Positions 17,186-25,258 of a DNA stretch of 44,891 nt are shown piece after piece. The position numbers and the translations under genes are program-made. The notes under the pieces are model-generated. The model was not told the DNA's origin, did no database searches, and was given only the letters and a program-made list of their open reading frames with translations. How positions within the stretch are numbered: the stretch's first letter is position 1; each line of letters begins with the position of its first letter. Source of the DNA: a virus; IMG/VR virus record IMGVR_UViG_3300028048_000213, positions 1-44,891 of that record, one strand, 5' to 3'.

Positions 17186-18205
17186 ATGATGCATATGAAA
17201 ACAATAAAAACACTAACCGACGGCACAATCCACTTAACCGCCCCCGTAATGATACCAGGAGCAAAAGACTGTGACTGGGTAAACGGGGAGCCACCACTAA
17301 CCAGTGAACAAATCCGTGAATTCGCAAAGTCATATGAAAAATATGGCTTCATAGACCACGAACACGGACTCACAAGAAACGGAGAACGGATAGGAGAACC
17401 CGTCGACTCATTCTTACTAACAGAAGACACTACCATGCACCTCATTGATGGATCCATGAAATCATATCCGAGGGGGTCATGGTTTGTCACTTCACATATA
17501 ACCAACCCCGAGGCAGTACAAATAGCACGGGAGGGTGGTTATACTGGGTATAGTGCTAGTGTCTTCACTAAGTCACGGGCGGACGAGTACCTAACTGCTT
17601 TGAAGAGCGAGCCGGATACTCCTTTGCCTTGCAGTTGTAAAGATGTTAGTAGCTCAGGCAACAGCCTAATACGGGATGTGCCTGACCCAGTAGTGCTATC
17701 CGTGTCACTCGTAAAGAGTCCATGTTTACACGATAGTAAATTCTGTGAAGTAAATGGTGATATAATGGAAAACCAAGAAGATGTTAAATCATTAAAAAGT
17801 AAAGTCTTGTCTGCTATGGGCATGAGTGAAGAAGCAGAAGTAGAGGCTTTAAAATCTGAGGTCTCTGAATTAAAAGCAGAGATTGAAGGATTAAAAGCAG
17901 ACTTCCCCGAAGCACTTAAATCCATGCAGGAAGATTTCAAGCAAACTTTAACCCAAGCCCTCACACCAGTCGAGGCTTTAAAAGCCAAAGAAGAGGATGA
18001 GGACAAGGAAGAAGAAGAGAAAGAAGAAACTGAAGAGGAAACCGCTGAGGAAGTAGCGGAAGAAGTAGAGACCGAAGAACCGGTAAGTGAAAAAGGCGAA
18101 TCCAAAGCAGAACCAGTGCATGATAACTTGTCTGCTGAGAAGAGTAAGCCTGTTAATATTTATGAAATCATGGGCAAAAACCCTGATGGAACACGTAAAA
18201 AATAA
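17186..18205 (+). CDS. XkdF-like prohead protease with C-terminal acidic scaffold region
   Basis: IDHEH, GSWFV and YTGYS motifs; Glu-rich coiled-coil C-terminus; precedes the capsid gene. Confidence 0.8.
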   Translation: MMHMKTIKTLTDGTIHLTAPVMIPGAKDCDWVNGEPPLTSEQIREFAKSYEKYGFIDHEHGLTRNGERIGEPVDSFLLTEDTTMHLIDGSMKSYPRGSWFVTSHITNPEAVQIAREGGYTGYSASVFTKSRADEYLTALKSEPDTPLPCSCKDVSSSGNSLIRDVPDPVVLSVSLVKSPCLHDSKFCEVNGDIMENQEDVKSLKSKVLSAMGMSEEAEVEALKSEVSELKAEIEGLKADFPEALKSMQEDFKQTLTQALTPVEALKAKEEDEDKEEEEKEETEEETAEEVAEEVETEEPVSEKGESKAEPVHDNLSAEKSKPVNIYEIMGKNPDGTRKK

Positions 18206-18224
18206 ACCCATATATTTTTGAGGT

Positions 18225-19235
18225 ATGATATTTATGGTGAATGAACATATTTTATCCCAAATCGTAAACGAACAAGAAAAAGAAGTATTTAAGGGTATGA
18301 GAACTGATATGAATACTGCAAAAGCATTATTGAATGATGAGCAATTTGCTCAATTTATGCGTGCTGCTACTATCAGTCAAACCATGTTAGCAGATGCAAG
18401 TTTCCGCCGTATGAACAGTATGTCCCAAGTAGTATCCAGCACTAAAATCGTTGGCCGTGTATTACAAAACGGTTACGATTCTAACGGTAATACTGAAGAC
18501 CAATTGACTGAAGCAAAAATTGGTTTCGGTAAAGCAGAGTTAAACGCTAAGAAATTAAAAGCAAAAACCTCCTTACTCGATGATGATAAAGAAGACAACA
18601 TCGAACAAGCCCAATTCGAACAAACCTTACTCAGTATGATGGGTGAAGCAGTAGGTGTAGACCTTGAAGCATTAGCAGTATACGGAGACACCACCAAGAC
18701 CGGCTTATTCGGTGTTACTAATGGCTGGTTAAAAGGAGCAACCAACCACATCGTACAAGGAACCGACTATGATGTAACCACCAAAGGCATCGTTGACTTG
18801 TTCAATCAAGCATTATACAAATTACCTGAAGCATACAGACAAGCAAACCTCATGAAAGACCTTGTCTTCTATGTACCATTCGAAGTTTACGAAGCATACA
18901 GAAACTTCCTCATTGATCGTGAAACCGGATTAGGAGACTCTAGTTTATTGAATGCTGATGAATTAAAATACAAGGGAATCCCAGTAAAATACGCACCAGT
19001 ATTGGATGCTGCTGATGGAAGAACTTCCTACGGTAAAGTTGCAGGCTGTGTATTAACTGTGCCGGAGTTCCTTTGGTACGGCGTCTGGCGTGACCTTAGC
19101 GTGGAGCCTCATCGCGTTGTCGCAGAAGAAAAAACCGAATACTACTACAGAATCAGATGCGATGCAAGTCTCCAATGGACTGATGCTATCGTTGTCGCGG
19201 ACATGACCGCAGCACAAGCAGCAGCCTTACTCTAA
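18225..19235 (+). CDS. Major capsid protein (HK97 fold)
   Basis: Position after the protease; 336 aa; YKGIPV and C-terminal YYYRIRCD-type strands typical of HK97-fold capsids. Confidence 0.85.
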   Translation: MIFMVNEHILSQIVNEQEKEVFKGMRTDMNTAKALLNDEQFAQFMRAATISQTMLADASFRRMNSMSQVVSSTKIVGRVLQNGYDSNGNTEDQLTEAKIGFGKAELNAKKLKAKTSLLDDDKEDNIEQAQFEQTLLSMMGEAVGVDLEALAVYGDTTKTGLFGVTNGWLKGATNHIVQGTDYDVTTKGIVDLFNQALYKLPEAYRQANLMKDLVFYVPFEVYEAYRNFLIDRETGLGDSSLLNADELKYKGIPVKYAPVLDAADGRTSYGKVAGCVLTVPEFLWYGVWRDLSVEPHRVVAEEKTEYYYRIRCDASLQWTDAIVVADMTAAQAAALL

Positions 19236-19282
19236 AAACCATTTTTCTATTTTTTTTCTTTTTATAATTATGGGTGATATTC

Positions 19283-19396
19283 ATGTCTATGAAACTTAAG
19301 AAGAAAGTTAAAGAGTTAGAAGAAAGAGTTGAAACCTTAGAAGAAAAGATTGTACGGATAACACACGGCTCCTCTTCTGAGGGTGGCCGCTCATAA
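19283..19396 (+). CDS. Small coiled-coil protein (37 aa)
   Basis: GGTGA RBS; KVKELEERVETLEEKI. Confidence 0.5.
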   Translation: MSMKLKKKVKELEERVETLEEKIVRITHGSSSEGGRS

Positions 19397-19422
19397 AAAC
19401 CCATTAATGGAGGATTCTGGGT

Positions 19423-19563
19423 ATGGCTGATGAGAAACCAAAAAACAAGAAAACTGCTAAGGCGAAAAAGAAGGAATTATTACCCTTTGATGAGTTGCCA
19501 ATAGTGGTAAAACGTAACAGAAAACTTTTATACGAATACATTAGGACTGGAGAATTACCATAA
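19423..19563 (+). CDS. Small basic protein (46 aa)
   Basis: GGAGG RBS; open frame MADEKPKNKK...TGELP. Confidence 0.5.
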   Translation: MADEKPKNKKTAKAKKKELLPFDELPIVVKRNRKLLYEYIRTGELP

Positions 19564-19619
19564 AAATGGGTGAATCTTCACTCCTACTTTTTAATTTTTT
19601 ATTATATGGTGACAAATTT

Positions 19620-20018
19620 ATGTGGATTAGTGTAGATGACGTAATCAATTTCACAGGTTTAAAACCAAAGCATTTAAATCTTGAAAAAGACGACACCACA
19701 GGATTAAACAACATAGTATCCGATTGGATTAATCAATCACAGGATTTGATTAACATGTACACTAATCGGAACTATACCGACGATAATGTGAGAGATGCCA
19801 TCCGCAATATCTGCCTACGATTAACCAGCAACATGGTAACCCTCGCAATCCAGAAACGAGACAACCCAATAATCAAGGTCAATGACTGGACCATACAAGG
19901 ATTAAGCAGTGACATTTTCACTGATGACTTGAAAGACGATCTAAAACCATTTGTTAAAGATTCTTCAACAGAGCCTGATAGTATTGGTGTGCTCGCAATT
20001 ACAGGAAGGGATGAATAG
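19620..20018 (+). CDS. Head-tail connector (adaptor) protein
   Basis: Position and size; SVDDVINFTG...SQDLINMYTNR pattern typical of gp6/gp15-like adaptors; GGTGA RBS before ATG 19620. Confidence 0.7.
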   Translation: MWISVDDVINFTGLKPKHLNLEKDDTTGLNNIVSDWINQSQDLINMYTNRNYTDDNVRDAIRNICLRLTSNMVTLAIQKRDNPIIKVNDWTIQGLSSDIFTDDLKDDLKPFVKDSSTEPDSIGVLAITGRDE

Positions 20019-20444
20019 ATGGCAAGCTTCACCATCGACATCGACACATCTGATTTAACTACCCGGTTAAGTCCTGATAAGTTGACAGAGGCTAAGCAGA
20101 AGGGTTTGGAGTATAGTAGTCAGGAATTGATAAGGGTGCTGATGCGTAACAGTCCAGTAGACCATGGATTATTAAAGTCATGGTTCCTTGATTCATTGAG
20201 TAGTGATGAGGCGGTTATTAAAAGCCCTGCCGAATATGCCGAATGGGTAAACGATGGAACCCAGCCTTACACAATAACTCCTACTAGTAAGAAGGCGTTG
20301 TACTGGGAGGGTGCAGACCACCCAGTCAAGGTAGTTCATCATCCAGGAATAAAAGGAAGGCATTTTGTGGAAGACAGTCTCGCGGATGTTAACGGCAGAC
20401 TTGATGGCTATTTCTTAAAGGCAATAAGTGAGGTGATGGGATGA
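20019..20444 (+). CDS. HK97 gp10-like neck/tail-completion protein
   Basis: SPVDHGLLKSW...YAEWVNDGT...VHHPGIKGRHF signature. Confidence 0.8.
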   Translation: MASFTIDIDTSDLTTRLSPDKLTEAKQKGLEYSSQELIRVLMRNSPVDHGLLKSWFLDSLSSDEAVIKSPAEYAEWVNDGTQPYTITPTSKKALYWEGADHPVKVVHHPGIKGRHFVEDSLADVNGRLDGYFLKAISEVMG

Positions 20445-20953
20445 CTAACATAGTAATCGGAATGGAAACATTACAAAATATCCTAGCCGGTTGCATCACA
20501 ACCGAAATGACAGAGGATGGCTTACTCAATGATGTGCAAACCTTCAAGAAGATTTACCTTGAAGAAGAGCACATCGACGAACCATTCATCTGGATGTACC
20601 AGCACGAAACAAGACCAAACCGGCAAGCCGATATAAGTCGGACAATGGAATTAACCACACCCTTCCAGTTTAATTGTGCAGTTTACGAGCCAGAACTCGA
20701 AGATGCCAATGAATCCACTATGAACCTTGCTACAAGGGTAATACTAAGCGTGCAAAGGAATTGGCAAACAATACAAAACCAGGAATTGCCAGGACAAAGA
20801 CTAATAAGGAATATCACACTCGAAACCTTCTACCCCCTCGGAACCGTAGATGTCAATAACAAGAGTGAACGATTGCCAGTAGTCGCCGCCGTCTTGAATG
20901 TGAACCATATAATAGATTGGAGATTATGCTGCAAACAACAATTAGGAGAATAA
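20441..20953 (+). CDS. Probable tail terminator protein
   Basis: Position between the gp10-like gene and the tail tube gene. Confidence 0.55.
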   Translation: MTNIVIGMETLQNILAGCITTEMTEDGLLNDVQTFKKIYLEEEHIDEPFIWMYQHETRPNRQADISRTMELTTPFQFNCAVYEPELEDANESTMNLATRVILSVQRNWQTIQNQELPGQRLIRNITLETFYPLGTVDVNNKSERLPVVAAVLNVNHIIDWRLCCKQQLGE

Positions 20954-20960
20954 TGATAAT

Positions 20961-21986
20961 ATGAATAGAGGATTTGGATTAGAAGTCGAAACCACCTACG
21001 GAGATACCAGTGTCGTTCCTTCAAGTTTCGACCCAAGCTTCTGGAACCACGCCGAAAGCGTTGAGTTCAAACTCAATGACGAACCAGTAACCAAAAGCGG
21101 CTCATCAAGGATGAATAAGCGTGCCAGAGCAGGGATAATGAAACCAACCGGCTCAACTAGTGCTGATGCTGATTTGCAACAGTTGACTTGGTATTTCCTT
21201 GGCTTCCTTGACAATTACAAATATACCGCGGGTACTGGTGATTACCATACCCACGAGTTTTATGGTGGTGAAGGCAAGGAGTTAACCAGTTTCCGTGCAA
21301 TGGCCGCCTATGATATGCTGACAAAGTATGTGTACGGACTGCTTGAAGATAAGTTAACCCTGGAAGTAAGTGATGAGTCTATGACTGTGGGTGCTGATTG
21401 GATTTACAAGACCGAGAAAGCAACCATTAACCAGTCATTCACCGAACCAGATGCATTGACTAATGAGGACTTGTTCATCATGTTCTATGATGTGTCCTTA
21501 AAATTGAATAATAAGGCCGTCGATGGAGTATCTACTGCTTTCAGTTTTGAGGGTAATAATAACCATAATGTGGATAGTACAATCGGATTAGGCAGCCGTC
21601 ACCCACAGAAACGTGCTACTGCCGGTAAACGTGAAAACAGTATCAGCATCACAACCAGCCTGACAAGTGAAACAGTCAGAAGCATCCTTGACGCAGAATA
21701 TGGTGAAGTCGATGCTTTACAACCGTCCAGTTGTAAACTCTTGCAGATACCATTAGAGGTTAATATTAATCATTGCGAAGACCCTAACCTTTCCTGCAAG
21801 ATTGTCTTCCCAAAGTGTACTGTAAGAACCGAATACAATGTAAGCAGTGTCGACAGTATCGAAACCACCCTTACCTTGGAGAGCCTTGGCAGTAGCACCG
21901 TAACCTTACTTGACGGCACAACCGAAGTGGAAACCGATATGTACATTAAGCTTGTGAATAATCAGGAAGCTTTAATCAGTGAATAA
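20961..21986 (+). CDS. Major tail (tube) protein
   Basis: Beta-rich 341 aa; N-terminal RGFGLEVETTYG; position before the chaperone and tape measure genes. Confidence 0.8.
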   Translation: MNRGFGLEVETTYGDTSVVPSSFDPSFWNHAESVEFKLNDEPVTKSGSSRMNKRARAGIMKPTGSTSADADLQQLTWYFLGFLDNYKYTAGTGDYHTHEFYGGEGKELTSFRAMAAYDMLTKYVYGLLEDKLTLEVSDESMTVGADWIYKTEKATINQSFTEPDALTNEDLFIMFYDVSLKLNNKAVDGVSTAFSFEGNNNHNVDSTIGLGSRHPQKRATAGKRENSISITTSLTSETVRSILDAEYGEVDALQPSSCKLLQIPLEVNINHCEDPNLSCKIVFPKCTVRTEYNVSSVDSIETTLTLESLGSSTVTLLDGTTEVETDMYIKLVNNQEALISE

Positions 21987-22022
21987 AAATAATTTTAACA
22001 AACAACTAAGAGAACCATTTTT

Positions 22023-22061
22023 AGCACCACCATCATTATTATTGTGTGGTGCTTTTTTTTT
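22023..22061 (+). terminator. Hairpin plus T-tract terminator
   Basis: AGCACCAC (22023-22030) / GTGGTGCT (22046-22053), then a T-run. Confidence 0.75.
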
Positions 22062-22097
22062 AAACAATTTTTAACGATTATAATGGGTGATTAATGC

Positions 22098-22532
22098 ATG
22101 AGTAATAAGGATATGATACAAAAGTTAACTCTTGGAGTGGATGATATCCAAGAGGTTTGTATTGATTGGGAAGGCGAAGAATTAGAGTTCAAGTTAAGAC
22201 CATTGACTAGTGGCGAATTAAGCAAGCTTCAAGTGATTGAGAAAAAGCCATTATCAATCAAGGTCAACATGAGAAACGGCAAACGAGAGGCTGTGCAAAC
22301 CAATATGAATGATGTGGATATTAATACTGGCGAATTCACCGAAGCCCAAGCCGAGGCAATGTACAAGGCAGTAGCATTGTCTTTATCTGTGGATGGTGAA
22401 AAAGTAACCACTGATGAAGTAAGGGGTATGGTTGTTGGGTTACCTGAACTCTTATTCACAGAAGTCATCAATGTAAGCCGTTTAAGTGATAATGACTTGA
22501 CTATGGTGAAACAATTTCGCAAAAACGAATGA
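22098..22532 (+). CDS. Tail assembly chaperone
   Basis: Between the tail tube and tape measure genes; FKLRPLT motif. Confidence 0.75.
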   Translation: MSNKDMIQKLTLGVDDIQEVCIDWEGEELEFKLRPLTSGELSKLQVIEKKPLSIKVNMRNGKREAVQTNMNDVDINTGEFTEAQAEAMYKAVALSLSVDGEKVTTDEVRGMVVGLPELLFTEVINVSRLSDNDLTMVKQFRKNE

Positions 22533-22716
22533 AGCCATAGTACTATATCAAAGTCATTGCGACGGTTTAAGATTAGTGAGTAATATGAATGAAGGAACAC
22601 TCTTGCAAAATGCCTTCCTTAACATAATGAGTGCAAAAAAATACTCGTTCCTTAAAGGATTAGACATAAAAGTCAAAGCCCTTGCGGAAGCAAATGGAGT
22701 GAAATTCAAAAAATAG
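22510..22716 (+). CDS. Tail chaperone extension in the +1 frame (frameshift product, or separate ORF from ATG 22585)
   Basis: Open frame 22510-22716 overlaps the chaperone 3' end; the -1 frame closes after a few codons. Confidence 0.55.
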   Translation, partial: NNFAKTNEAIVLYQSHCDGLRLVSNMNEGTLLQNAFLNIMSAKKYSFLKGLDIKVKALAEANGVKFKK

Positions 22717-22729
22717 GATAAATGAGAGT

Positions 22730-25255
22730 ATGAGCGAATTAATAGAAATAATACTACAAGCCGTGGATAATGCCAGCAATGTATTCTCATCTGTCACCGA
22801 CTCGGTCACTGGCATGGCCGACAGTTTATCCGGTACTGCCGACACAGTATCCAGTGACTTTACGAGTATGGAGGAAAACGTTACAGGCTTCCAAACTGCG
22901 GTAAGCAACATCGACAGTTCCAGTATCGATGAATTAGCCACCGAATTAGGGATGAGCACCGAAGAAGTGGAAAGATTAATCGATGCAGGAGCACAAGTTG
23001 GAAGCATACAATTCAATGAGGCCGCGGCTGGTGCTGGCGAATTAGAAGCAAGTGTGTCTAGTGCTGATGCTGCGGTTGAGGACCTTGGCAGCGACCTCGA
23101 CATCATCAATAGCAGTATGCTCCTACAATTAAGCGAGCAGGTTGGCCAAGTTGGTGCACAGGCCGAAGGCATGGCTCAAGATATGAATACCGCGGCGATC
23201 AGTGTCGGACAATTAGCCACACAGACCGGTATAGCCGAGCCTCAGATGGTAAGCCTTATTAATAATATCAGTAATGCTACTTTCCCTAATGATGAAGCCA
23301 TGATGTACGTGAAGAGTCTGGACCAGATGGGAGTAAGTGCCGAGAACCTTGGCACAAGCGCGACTAATATTGACAGGATTAATGATGCTTTCGGATTGGG
23401 TGCACAGACCACCAACAGTCTTGCTCAGGAATTAGGCGTGCTCGGTGTAGATATGAACAACGTAAGTAGCAGTTTTAATGCATTGGCCTATGCTAACAGC
23501 AATACCGTTGGTGGAATGCAGAACTACTACACATTCCTCAGGAAATATGACAGCCAATTTAAAGAATTGGGCTTCGATGTCGACCAGTCAAGCATGATTA
23601 TTGCGGCTGCTACTCAGAAGTATGGTGGTGGAAGAGCCGCATTATCTGGTTTAAGCAGTGCATTGGAGGAGTGTGATGGAGACACCAGAAAACTAGAACA
23701 AGCCCTCGGAATGCAAGCAGGAAGCCTCGACCATGCAAGCGAAATAACCGGCCAATACGAAGGACAATTACAACAATTAGCAGATGAAGAAGCCGAACAT
23801 AAGACCTTGACCGACCAACTCGGAGCGGCTTGGGAGGATGTAAGCCTAAGCCTAAGCGGAGTATTAAGTCCATTGGGCAGTTTTGTTGGATTGATTGGCA
23901 GTGCCGGAAGCTTCGCACTACAAATCAATGGATTAAAAACCTTGACTGATACCATGAAAGGCTTCAACATCCAACAAACCATTACTAATGCATTGGAAGG
24001 TAAAGGTGCAATCGCCCGTGTGGCTTCGGCGCTTGGTATTACTTCTGAGGCCGCCGCGGCCGAAGGTGCAACAACAGCCTTTGGAGGATTAGCAATCGCC
24101 GAGGGAGCTGCATTATGGTGGATTATTGCTATTGTAGCAGCGATTGCCGCCCTTGTAGCGATTGTATATGAAGTCGGCAAAGCATTCGGATGGTGGGATG
24201 ATGTCGGCGGAATGCTCGATGCAATAAGTGCTGGTGTTAACAGGCTTTGGGAGGCTTTTATTAATAATCCTGATGTTCAAGCATTCCTAACTGCAATAAA
24301 TGAAGCTTGGACTGCGATGGTTAGTGCCGTTCAACCAGCAATCGATGCAGTATTATCTTTCTTTGGTGTGAACCTAGGTGGAAACTTTGATATAGTAAGG
24401 GCTTTGATTGATGCTATTGGTTTTGCTTGGAATGCGATAACCGCACCTATCAGACTCGTTATTGGTTTGATTTGGCAAGTGATAAGCGTTTTCCAATCAC
24501 TCGTTAGTGGTCAGATAAGCCTCCAACAAGCCATTATACTCATATGGGGTGCGATTACTGGTTTCTGGAGCACCATCCTGACAAGATTAGCAAGCCTCCT
24601 GCTCTCCGTATTCAGTAAGATGGTGAATAATGCCAAACAGAAAGCACAAGCCATCGTAACCGGAGTAATCACCAGCATAACAACACTACCTGGCAAGATG
24701 ACCACACAATTATTAAAAGGAGTTACCAGTATAGTTAATGCTGGTGGAAAATGGGTAAGCCATGCAAAGACCGAAGCCGGCAAGGTAGTTAGTGGTGTGA
24801 GTGACAAGTTATCCGGTATCGGCGGCAGCATCACCAGTGCCCTTAGTGGTGTGGTTAATGCTTTCACCAAGCCATTTAAAGATGCTTATGATGCAGTCGC
24901 TGACTGGGTAGGTAAAATCAAAAGGAAGGCTAGTGAGGTTCCTGTGAGTGGTGGTGCTTTTGGTGGTGAGGACCTCCCATTGGGTGGTGCTTATGGTGGC
25001 GAAGACCTAACACCATCACAAGTCAGTAGCATTGAGAAGATGGAAATACACACCACCAATGATGTTAATCTTAATCTGGATCTAAGGAATGTCCCCGTTG
25101 GTATTGATGAGAATGTTTTAAGGAATGCATTAGTTGAGAGTTTGACTGATAAGAGTGTGTTATCTGTGTTGGTGAATAATAATGATTTCCAAAGTTTGGA
25201 TAATAGGGCGAAGGCTCGTATCCTTGCAAGGAATAATAGAGCGAGAGGAGTGTAA
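22730..25255 (+). CDS. Tape measure protein
   Basis: 841 aa, Ala/Gly-rich amphipathic repeats; N-terminal IEIILQAVDNAS; hydrophobic mid-segment. Confidence 0.9.
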   Translation: MSELIEIILQAVDNASNVFSSVTDSVTGMADSLSGTADTVSSDFTSMEENVTGFQTAVSNIDSSSIDELATELGMSTEEVERLIDAGAQVGSIQFNEAAAGAGELEASVSSADAAVEDLGSDLDIINSSMLLQLSEQVGQVGAQAEGMAQDMNTAAISVGQLATQTGIAEPQMVSLINNISNATFPNDEAMMYVKSLDQMGVSAENLGTSATNIDRINDAFGLGAQTTNSLAQELGVLGVDMNNVSSSFNALAYANSNTVGGMQNYYTFLRKYDSQFKELGFDVDQSSMIIAAATQKYGGGRAALSGLSSALEECDGDTRKLEQALGMQAGSLDHASEITGQYEGQLQQLADEEAEHKTLTDQLGAAWEDVSLSLSGVLSPLGSFVGLIGSAGSFALQINGLKTLTDTMKGFNIQQTITNALEGKGAIARVASALGITSEAAAAEGATTAFGGLAIAEGAALWWIIAIVAAIAALVAIVYEVGKAFGWWDDVGGMLDAISAGVNRLWEAFINNPDVQAFLTAINEAWTAMVSAVQPAIDAVLSFFGVNLGGNFDIVRALIDAIGFAWNAITAPIRLVIGLIWQVISVFQSLVSGQISLQQAIILIWGAITGFWSTILTRLASLLLSVFSKMVNNAKQKAQAIVTGVITSITTLPGKMTTQLLKGVTSIVNAGGKWVSHAKTEAGKVVSGVSDKLSGIGGSITSALSGVVNAFTKPFKDAYDAVADWVGKIKRKASEVPVSGGAFGGEDLPLGGAYGGEDLTPSQVSSIEKMEIHTTNDVNLNLDLRNVPVGIDENVLRNALVESLTDKSVLSVLVNNNDFQSLDNRAKARILARNNRARGV

Positions 25256-25258
25256 AGT

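Noticed and set aside
22660-24870. Long minus-strand and alternate-frame ORFs over the tape measure gene (also over the helicase, protease and tail genes)
   Set aside because: Shadow ORFs of biased codon usage, with no RBS or recognisable motifs; they fully overlap well-supported plus-strand genes.
24947-25010. GGA(F/Y)GGEDL duplicated motif near the tape measure C-terminus
   Set aside because: Only two in-frame copies; likely a protein-level repeat with no evidence of a separate DNA function.
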